DNA of 64,000 nucleotides from Candidatus Kaiserbacteria bacterium (GTDB lineage Bacteria; Patescibacteriota; Minisyncoccia; Phycocordibacterales; UBA2100): NCBI GenBank assembly GCA_017134395.1, contig CP070993.1, positions 189,656 to 253,655 of the forward strand, read 5' to 3'. Shown piece by piece: positions 57,846 to 64,000 of this stretch (position 1 is its first letter; each line of letters starts with the position of its first letter). The notes under the pieces were generated by a model. It saw only the letters and a program-made list of their open reading frames with translations, ran no database searches and was not told where the DNA came from. The position numbers and the translations under genes were made by a program.

Positions 57846-58760
57846 ATGGATACGGGCAGTGAAAAAATTATTGTTATTGTTGGTACCAACGCGTCTGGAA
57901 AGAGCTCGTTAGCAGTTCGGCTCGCCAAAAAGTATGGTGGTGAAATAATTTCAGCTGATTCACGCCAAGTCTACAAAGGTCTGGACATAGCGACGGGAAA
58001 AGTCACCAAAGAAGAAATGGGTGGTATTCCCCATCATCTTATTGATGTTGCTGACCCAAGAGAGGTTTATAGTGCAGCAGACTTCGCTACACAAGGACGA
58101 AACGCTTTGTCTGACATACTTTCTCGTAAGAAACTTCCAATAATTGCTGGTGGTACAGGTTTTTATATAGACGCACTTTTAAATCCGTCCTTGCTTGCGT
58201 CAACTCCGCCAAACGATGAACTACGCAAGGGGTTTGAACTACTACCGGCTGATGTTCTTTTTGCTCAACTCAAAAATATCGACCCACGACGAGCTGCGGT
58301 ACTAGAAGAAAAAGGTGAGCAAAATCTTGTACGACGCATTATACGCTCACTTGAGATTGCACTTGCACCAAAGCGAAAGGATATCGAAGCAAAAAATAAA
58401 GTCCTTGAGCTTGATGTACTCTGGATTGGAGTACGATGGGATAAAGAAAAACTTAAAGAGCGGATACACGAACGCACGCTTATTCGATTAGAAAATGGCA
58501 TGATTGAAGAAGCTCAAGAACTACATAAAAATGGCTTGTCATGGAAGCGCATGGAAGAGCTCGGTCTTGAGTACAAACATCTTGCTGACTATTTGCGCGA
58601 GAAGATTACAAAAGACCAACTCATTGAATATATAGACCGAGATGATGCACGGTATGCAAAACGGCAGCGAACGTGGTTTAAGCGAAATGAAAAAATTAAT
58701 TGGTTTGAAGGAGGTAAATTAGACGGAGTTGAAGATTTGGTTGAGAAGTTCTTGCAGTAA
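57846..58760 (+). CDS. miaA: tRNA dimethylallyltransferase
   Basis: P-loop IVIVGTNASGKS and MiaA motifs (ADSRQVYKGLDIATGK, IIAGGTGFY). Confidence 0.9.
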   Translation: MDTGSEKIIVIVGTNASGKSSLAVRLAKKYGGEIISADSRQVYKGLDIATGKVTKEEMGGIPHHLIDVADPREVYSAADFATQGRNALSDILSRKKLPIIAGGTGFYIDALLNPSLLASTPPNDELRKGFELLPADVLFAQLKNIDPRRAAVLEEKGEQNLVRRIIRSLEIALAPKRKDIEAKNKVLELDVLWIGVRWDKEKLKERIHERTLIRLENGMIEEAQELHKNGLSWKRMEELGLEYKHLADYLREKITKDQLIEYIDRDDARYAKRQRTWFKRNEKINWFEGGKLDGVEDLVEKFLQ

Positions 58761-58761
58761 T

Positions 58762-58811
58762 TAATTACGTAATTAAATAGGTAATTAAATAGGTAATTAG
58801 TTACGTAATTA
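58762..58811 (+). repeat. four tandem 12-bp AT-rich repeats (AATTACGTAATT / AAATAGGTAATT x2 / AGTTACGTAATT) including the 14-bp palindrome TAATTACGTAATTA
   Basis: Read directly from the sequence. Followed by an ATCAC...GTGAT inverted repeat (58811-58832). Confidence 0.7.
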
Positions 58812-58973
58812 TCACGGTGTTAATTCTGTGATAATTCAGTTTTAATTCAGTAGCAGCAATGAGAACGACCAGATTTTTAAGAAGTGCAGCGACTATAAAA
58901 ATCGAAGTGCTCCTGTAGTGAATCGACGTCAGCTCACTAAGTATAATTTTGACTGCATGGAAACGATGAGAGA

Positions 58974-58987
58974 ATCGGTCACCTCTG
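58974..58987 (-). repeat. 14-nt duplicate of the tRNA-Trp 3-prime region (CGATTCTCTCATCG on the minus strand), 179 bp downstream of the tRNA
   Basis: + strand CGATGAGAGAATCG at 58974-58987 equals 59170-59183, which lies inside tRNA-Trp. Same orientation. Confidence 0.55.
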
Positions 58988-59112
58988 CTAAATAGCCTGT
59001 TCGCACTACGTGCTCCATTCTATTAAGCGACGCGACCCCGCCGTCGCCGACAAGCCTGATTCCACTTCGCTTCATCATCTTGTGTACCGGCGACTCTTTT
59101 CGATTCTCTCAC

Positions 59113-59155
59113 GACCGGTAAAACAATAGCGTGGATACTACCGTATCCACGCTAT
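59113..59155. terminator. 19-bp perfect hairpin with U-tracts on both strands; terminator of tRNA-Trp (minus strand)
   Basis: AAAACAATAGCGTGGATAC-TACC-GTATCCACGCTATTGTTTT. Confidence 0.75.
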
Positions 59156-59165
59156 TGTTTTATTG

Positions 59166-59236
59166 CGGGCGATGAGAGAATCGAACTCCCGACATCGGTT
59201 TTGGAGACCGAAGTTATACCACTTAACTAATCGCCC
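59166..59236 (-). tRNA. tRNA-Trp (anticodon CCA)
   Basis: Manual cloverleaf: acceptor GGGCGAT/ATCGCCC, D-stem GTTA/TAAC, anticodon stem TCGGT/ACCGA with loop CTCCAAA, T-arm GGGAG-TTCGATT-CTCTC, discriminator G. The 3-prime CCA is not encoded. Confidence 0.85.
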
Positions 59237-59378
59237 AGTGCACACGAGTATATCACGATTTTTAATAGAATTGAGTGTAGTTCGCGGAAGAGATAAGCAG
59301 CAAATAAGCCGTACAAAACGTACGGCGAATGCGGCTGCGCAATTTCTAACAAAGAAATACGCCAATTCTATTAAAAAT

Positions 59379-59540
59379 CTATTTCTTCAGTTCCTTGTGT
59401 GCCTTCTTCCCCTTACACCACTTACAATACTTGTTTAATTCAAGCTTTTCGAGGTTTTCACCCTTAATCCGTCGTGACGTCCAGTAGTTAATACGTTTAC
59501 ATCCAGAACACGCTAGTTTTTTCAATTTATCTTGGCTCAT
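59379..59540 (-). CDS. rpmG: 50S ribosomal protein L33 (53 aa; missing from the ORF track because it is under 60 aa)
   Basis: Translation MSQDKLKKLACSGCKRINYWTSRRIKGENLEKLELNKYCKWCKGKKAHKELKK carries CxxC...CxxC, as in the L33 zinc ribbon. Confidence 0.8.
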   Translation of the reverse strand: MSQDKLKKLACSGCKRINYWTSRRIKGENLEKLELNKYCKWCKGKKAHKELKK

Positions 59541-59580
59541 GTAGCGGTTACAGTAAACAATTGGTGGCTATATGTCAACT

Positions 59581-59973
59581 TTAACCTGGCAAAAATGGTT
59601 CAGACAAATCTTGTTTGGTACGCTCCTCTAGCCCCCTGCCAGTTAAGGTGACCAAGATCGTGTTCACCACAAGCCACGCAACGAGAACGATGATGAGCCC
59701 GATGACTACTGCACCAAAAATCTTCTTTCCTTTTTCAACATTACTCGCATTCCCAGTGTCAGAAAAGAAAAGCCATCCAGCGTATGCAAACATAACCGCA
59801 GATGAAATGACCGCAATGCTTACAATTAGATTGAGTATATTTTGACCAAGTGTGACAAGAGAGCCCCAATCACAATCTGGTCCATTACACGGAACTATAC
59901 CTTGAGCAAAAACTCCTAACGGTACAATTAGCAATGCTGTTGCTAAAAGTATATATGTTAAATGTCTTTTCAT
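59581..59973 (-). CDS. small exported membrane protein with a signal peptide and two TM helices; TrbC/VirB2-pilin-like topology (hypothetical)
   Basis: Signal peptide ending VFAQG, then two hydrophobic helices separated by SDTGNASNVEKGKK. Topology resemblance only. Confidence 0.4.
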   Translation of the reverse strand: MKRHLTYILLATALLIVPLGVFAQGIVPCNGPDCDWGSLVTLGQNILNLIVSIAVISSAVMFAYAGWLFFSDTGNASNVEKGKKIFGAVVIGLIIVLVAWLVVNTILVTLTGRGLEERTKQDLSEPFLPG

Positions 59974-60071
59974 AGCTTAATCCTAACATCGAACATCAAC
60001 ATCCTCTAGAAAAAGATGTGTAAACAGATATGATTGAATATTGGTGTTTTTTTGATACACTCACACGACCT

Positions 60072-60154
60072 GCGTCGGTGGCAGAGTGGTCAAATGCACG
60101 AGGCTGTAAACCTCGCGACTTCGGTCTACGCAGGTTCAAATCCTGCCCGGCGCA
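60072..60154 (+). tRNA. tRNA-Tyr (anticodon GTA), class II with a long variable arm
   Basis: Manual fold: acceptor GCGTCGG/CCGGCGC, anticodon stem CGAGG/CCTCG with loop CTGTAAA, 14-nt variable arm, T-arm GCAGG-TTCAAAT-CCTGC, discriminator A. Confidence 0.85.
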
Positions 60155-60170
60155 CATATGTGAAGAAAAG

Positions 60171-60200
60171 ATGCTATTCGACTAGAATAGCGTTTTTTCT
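60171..60200 (+). terminator. rho-independent terminator after tRNA-Tyr
   Basis: GCTATTC-GACTA-GAATAGC followed by TTTTTT. Confidence 0.7.
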
Positions 60201-60369
60201 TTGCATCGTTGAGTTGTTCATGATTTGAAAGACGGAAACGCGCCTGCGGGGCAGGATTAAGCGTTGAGTCCGGCCTGGAGCACTTAGTATAATCAAGCCT
60301 GCACAAGGCGTAGATTGTACTTAGTGACTGGTGGTCAAATCCTGCCATCATTCACTCTTTTCAAAACTA

Positions 60370-60398
60370 TTGACACTCTAGTCTATTAGTCCTATAAT
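60370..60398 (+). promoter_or_regulatory. consensus sigma70 promoter, TTGACA-N17-TATAAT
   Basis: Perfect hexamers at 60370-60375 and 60393-60398. GAGGAG Shine-Dalgarno at 60421-60426, upstream of the ATG at 60435. Confidence 0.6.
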
Positions 60399-60434
60399 AA
60401 AAGTTGGACAACCTTCAACTGAGGAGTAACGAAT

Positions 60435-60734
60435 ATGGATTCGTATACATGGTATTGCATTAAGAGATTTCTTATTGCTGTTTTCAAAGTGCCGGTAACC
60501 GTTCCACTCACAATACTTCTGTTTGCTCTTGCGCCGTTCTCCGTTTCTGATTCCCCTACGGCATTGGAAATTCGAACTCTGTTTGCGTCACAAACAGAGT
60601 TCGTACGAATTGTGAGCGTGATTATTTATATCGTGCTTGTTGACTTTATGTATGGTGCTAGCACAAAGCACCTGTCAAAAGTCTTGGAGACTTGGAAAAA
60701 TCTAACTCTCCAAATACGATACGGAGACACCTAA
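60435..60734 (+). CDS. hypothetical small membrane protein (99 aa)
   Basis: Preceded by a consensus promoter and Shine-Dalgarno. Two hydrophobic helices. No motif. Confidence 0.5.
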   Translation: MDSYTWYCIKRFLIAVFKVPVTVPLTILLFALAPFSVSDSPTALEIRTLFASQTEFVRIVSVIIYIVLVDFMYGASTKHLSKVLETWKNLTLQIRYGDT

Positions 60735-60804
60735 GCAAACGTGCGTCCAAACCCCCGAGCCACCCAGGTTGCTCGGGGGTTAATATTTTATAGATTTCTA
60801 CCTA

Positions 60805-63495
60805 CTAAACCCCAACCACCTTCCTAGCCCGCTTTACACCTACTCTTTTGCGAGCTTTGGCTTTCTTTTTTGAATCGAAAACAAATTTGTCGTCCTTAAC
60901 GTCCACCTTCACTACACCTCCCCCCATCATTCCTTCAGATACCATCATAGTCGCGATTGGCGTCAGAACCTTGCTCTGTATCAACCGCTTCAATGGACGT
61001 GCGCCGTAGCGCGGATTATATCCTTCCTTTGCAAGATATGTGAGCGCTGCAGTCGAAAATTCGAGTTTTATATTCTTTTCCGCAAGACGCTTCTGTACAA
61101 TAGCAACCTGCATTTCAACAATATTCTTTATCGCTTCGACTGACAAAATATCGAAGAGTATAATCTCGTCAAGCCGGTTTAAGAATTCCGGTCGGAAGAA
61201 GTCGCGCAAGGTTTTCATTACCTTATCCTTACTGTGAACATACTGAGCACTTTCACCTTGATCATCAGTAAACCCAAGTCGGCTCATTTTATCAATGTGC
61301 TCAGCACCAAGGTTACTTGTCATAATGATGATCGTGTTCTTGAAGTTTACCGTACGCCCTTTTGCGTCGGTAAGATGTCCGTTATCAAGCACTTGCAGGA
61401 GAATGTTAAATACTTCAGGGTGTGCCTTTTCTATTTCGTCAAACAGCAAAACTGAGTATGGACGGTGTCGCACCTGTTCAGTCAGTGAGCCTCCCTCATC
61501 GTGTCCAACGTACCCAGGAGGTGAACCAATCATCTTAGAAACAGAGTGTTTCTCCATGAACTCCGACATATCTACTCTAATGAGTGCTTTATCGTCATTA
61601 AACATAAATTCAGCGAGTGCTTTTGTGAGCTCGGTCTTTCCAACTCCTGTTGGCCCCAAAAATAGGAATGATCCTATAGGGCGGTTCGGATCAGAAATAC
61701 CTACTCGAGAGCGTTTTACTGCGTCAGCAACCTTCTGTAGTGCGTCTTCTTGTCCCACAATCCTGCCTCGAAGTGTTTCTTCCATACGAGATAGTTTATC
61801 CAACTCCCCTTCAAGCATTCTCTGCACTGGCACTCCTGTCCAGCGCGAAACGACATCAGCAATATCTTCTGCTCCAATTTCTTCACGAAGTACGCGGCGA
61901 GAACTTTGTAACTTCTTAAGCCGAGTCATCTTTGTTTGCAAATTCTTTTCCAGTTCAGGAATTCGACCGTAGCGAATTTCAGCGGCAGCTGCTAAATCAG
62001 CAGTTGCCTCAGCTGATTCTGCAATCAGGCGTACTTCTTCAAGTTCTTGCTTGATGCTTTTTATTTCAGAAAGCGTTTCTTTTTCATTCTTCCATTTTAC
62101 TTCTAGTTCACGAGATCCTTCCTTTAATTCTGCAATCTCCTTTTCGACTGTTTTTACCCGAGCTTTTGCCTCTTTCTCTCCTTCTTTAACATCTTTCTTC
62201 AGTGCCTCTCGTTCAATTTCGAGACGCATTATCTTTCGATGTGCTTCTTCAAGTTTCGGAGGTTTATTCTCTAGTGAAATACGTAGTGCTGAAGCAGCTT
62301 CATCAATAAGGTCTACTGCCTTATCAGGTAAGTATCTCTCTGTAATGTACCTACTACTTAACTCCACCGAAGAAACTATGGCTTCATCGGTAATGCGCAC
62401 ACCATGAAATAGCTCATACTTTTCTTTAAGGCCACGCATAATAGCTATCGCATCTTCAAGTGATGGCTCATTTACATGTACTGGCTGGAAGCGCCTTGTA
62501 AGCGCTGGGTCTCGCTCTATGTGTTTCTGATATTCGTTAAGTGTTGTAGCGCCAATAACACGAAGCTCACCTCGTGCAAGTGCAGGCTTAAGCATGTTTG
62601 AAGCATCCATCGAACCTTCAGCGGCTCCAGCACCAACAATAGTGTGAATTTCATCAATAAAGAGAATGATGTTTCCTTCTGCACGCTCTACTTCTTTCAT
62701 GATTGCTTTCAAGCGTTCTTCAAATTCCCCACGAAACTTTGTACCGGCAATAAGGAGTCCTAAATCAAGCGATACGAGATCTTTCTCTTTCAAAGACTCT
62801 GGGACATCGCCAGTTGCCATGCGTTGCGCAAGCCCTTCTGCAATAGCAGTTTTTCCTACACCTGCTTCCCCGATTAGTATTGGGTTGTTTTTTGTGCGTC
62901 GTGACAGTATTTGGATAACACGAGTTATTTCAGTATCTCGCCCAATAACAGGATCAAGTTTATTTTCTCGTGCTAACTCTGTAAGGCTTCGCGTAAATTT
63001 AGCAATCGCACGATTCTGTTTTGGTGCCTCAATATCAGTTATTTTTCCATCTTTAATATCTTCGTAAATCCCAGTTACTTCTTCGCGACTGATTTGGAAT
63101 CGTGCGAGTACCTCAGCTGCGTTTCCTGGATTCTCTAATATAGCCAACAGCAAGTGCTCTGTTGAAACAAATTGATCTCCAAATGTACTCGCAATCCTCG
63201 GCGCGCCATCTTGCAACACCTGTGCTAACTCTGGAGTAAGATATAACTGAAATGAAGACGACATAGTAGTAGCTCCAGTACTTCCACCGTCTAATGAATC
63301 GATAAGTGAATCGGCAAAATGAATAGTATCTATCTCTAGTCGTTCAAGTATAGAGAGTGTCATGCTTTCATCTTGCAACAACAAAGATGCAAGTAAATGC
63401 AAAGGGCTCACGTGTGACTGTCCACGTTCGATAGCAAGCTGATGCGCTCTGTGCACCGCTTCTTTTGCTTTGGTTGTGAAATTCTGAAATGGCAT
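60805..63495 (-). CDS. clpB: ATP-dependent chaperone ClpB (two AAA+ modules plus a coiled-coil M-domain), with a basic C-terminal tail
   Basis: Clp N-domain, Walker A GEAGVGKT and GPTGVGKT, a long coiled-coil between NBD1 small and NBD2. 896 aa. Confidence 0.93.
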   Translation of the reverse strand: MPFQNFTTKAKEAVHRAHQLAIERGQSHVSPLHLLASLLLQDESMTLSILERLEIDTIHFADSLIDSLDGGSTGATTMSSSFQLYLTPELAQVLQDGAPRIASTFGDQFVSTEHLLLAILENPGNAAEVLARFQISREEVTGIYEDIKDGKITDIEAPKQNRAIAKFTRSLTELARENKLDPVIGRDTEITRVIQILSRRTKNNPILIGEAGVGKTAIAEGLAQRMATGDVPESLKEKDLVSLDLGLLIAGTKFRGEFEERLKAIMKEVERAEGNIILFIDEIHTIVGAGAAEGSMDASNMLKPALARGELRVIGATTLNEYQKHIERDPALTRRFQPVHVNEPSLEDAIAIMRGLKEKYELFHGVRITDEAIVSSVELSSRYITERYLPDKAVDLIDEAASALRISLENKPPKLEEAHRKIMRLEIEREALKKDVKEGEKEAKARVKTVEKEIAELKEGSRELEVKWKNEKETLSEIKSIKQELEEVRLIAESAEATADLAAAAEIRYGRIPELEKNLQTKMTRLKKLQSSRRVLREEIGAEDIADVVSRWTGVPVQRMLEGELDKLSRMEETLRGRIVGQEDALQKVADAVKRSRVGISDPNRPIGSFLFLGPTGVGKTELTKALAEFMFNDDKALIRVDMSEFMEKHSVSKMIGSPPGYVGHDEGGSLTEQVRHRPYSVLLFDEIEKAHPEVFNILLQVLDNGHLTDAKGRTVNFKNTIIIMTSNLGAEHIDKMSRLGFTDDQGESAQYVHSKDKVMKTLRDFFRPEFLNRLDEIILFDILSVEAIKNIVEMQVAIVQKRLAEKNIKLEFSTAALTYLAKEGYNPRYGARPLKRLIQSKVLTPIATMMVSEGMMGGGVVKVDVKDDKFVFDSKKKAKARKRVGVKRARKVVGV

Positions 63496-63532
63496 AGTGC
63501 TATTTTATAGAGACGAGTAAACGTGTAAAGTC

Positions 63533-64000
63533 TTACTGGGCAACCTCTTCTTCTGGAGTATCTTCTACAACTTCTTCAGTTTCTGTGGTGGGTGTTGCAG
63601 CTTGGGCAAACGCTGCTCGAATCGGTGCAAATGTACTAATACCAACTTCTCGAGAAGCACCGGTGCTAATACCAACAACTTCCCCATCAACATTTATAAG
63701 TGGTGCTCCTGGCGCAATTTTTGTCCCACTGATACTTGTTCCAATATATCCACCTTCTCCAAGTTCTGTTGCAATACCCTGGGTTATGCTTCCATTACCT
63801 ACAAATGCCACAAGAGTCTGTCCAAGCGAAAGCGCAGCTTCAGAAGACGATACTGCAGCAATTCCAATACGTTCGGCTTCTACTTGAAGTAAGGCAACGC
63901 CACGCGCACCACCTTCGTACTGTAGTGTTGTTGAGGCAAGTTCCTCATCTCCTAAATCTACCGAGTATGTTCCTCCTTCTTTAAGAACCGATGCGTCGAC
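63533..64000 (-). CDS. trypsin-like (HtrA/S1C family) protease homolog, C-terminal part; the gene continues past the window edge. The predicted catalytic Ser position is occupied by Pro/Ala.
   Basis: Frame open to position 64000. SLGQTLVAFVGNGSITQGIATELGEGGYIGTSISGTKIAPGAPLINVDGEVVGIS aligns to DegP GLGQTVTSGIVSALGR...TDAAINPGNSGGPLVNLNGE with GNSGG replaced by KIAPG. No PDZ domain. Acidic tail. Confidence 0.55.
   Translation of the reverse strand, partial: VDASVLKEGGTYSVDLGDEELASTTLQYEGGARGVALLQVEAERIGIAAVSSSEAALSLGQTLVAFVGNGSITQGIATELGEGGYIGTSISGTKIAPGAPLINVDGEVVGISTGASREVGISTFAPIRAAFAQAATPTTETEEVVEDTPEEEVAQ

Noticed and set aside
58850-59112. Searched for secE or nusG downstream of tRNA-Trp on the minus strand; found a 49-aa ORF (MMKRSGIRLVGDGG...)
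   Set aside because: No hydrophobic TM segment or SecE/NusG motifs. Likely non-coding.
59163-59438. 91-aa + strand ORF (MRAMRESNSRHRF...)
   Set aside because: It overlaps tRNA-Trp and the L33 gene on the opposite strand. It is an antisense artefact.
1-64000. CRISPR arrays, integrases, transposases, rRNA genes
   Set aside because: No regularly spaced direct repeats with spacers. No tyrosine- or serine-recombinase or DDE motifs. No rRNA-like sequence anywhere in the window.

Overview
This window reads as a gene-dense, AT-biased, reduced bacterial chromosome segment. From gene content alone I infer a CPR/Patescibacteria-like genome. The clues are an archaeal-type AspRS, a truncated AlaRS, a fused S13-S11-S4-rpoA-L17-L13-S9 ribosomal block, a dnaK operon without hrcA or CIRCE, and many small proteins. 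Most of the window is housekeeping, in this order:
- 1-3.4 kb: mltG and mnmA.
- 8-10 kb: alaS.
- 12.8-16.8 kb: infA, a frameshifted rpmJ, and the ribosomal/rpoA block.
- 16.8-20.8 kb: grpE, an RHH gene, dnaK and dnaJ.
- 20.8-24.4 kb: a PlsC-type acyltransferase, an acyl-ACP-reductase-like oxidoreductase and an orphan histidine kinase.
- 24.4-36.3 kb: trpS, aspS, pepA, scpAB, and a cell-wall block (dacA-like, mraY, ftsW, murG, gltX, M23/EnvC-like peptidase).
- 42-64 kb: SPFH protein, DEDD exonuclease, rpmA/rplI, ctpA, corA, cysS, dnaB, recR, rplU, rmuC, P-type ATPase, peroxiredoxin, miaA, tRNA-Trp, rpmG, tRNA-Tyr, clpB, and a partial HtrA-like gene.

The clearly accessory part is about 36.3-42.0 kb. 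It holds a two-gene minus-strand operon whose distal protein carries a HEPN-like Rx6H motif. It also holds a DUF3800 gene, a TM protein, a 27-aa hydrophobic peptide with near-consensus promoter/RBS/terminator (type-I-toxin-like), a perfect 19-bp direct repeat flanking a roughly 2.7 kb cassette, a 23-bp perfect AT inverted repeat, and a GC-rich non-coding block. No integrase, transposase or CRISPR array is visible.

Other notable points:
- An RHH-domain gene sits between grpE and dnaK and is preceded by nested TGTAGC/GCTACA palindromes.
- A roughly 85-nt repeated element that ends in a terminator occurs at two loci.
- A small nuclease cluster is present: an ATP-cone-Mrr fusion, a Cys4 PD-(D/E)XK nuclease and an MGMT domain.
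- Short 3-prime fragments of tRNA-Trp and tRNA-Tyr recur about 190 bp downstream of each tRNA.

All calls were made by eye from the ORF track and the sequence; nothing was searched against a database.
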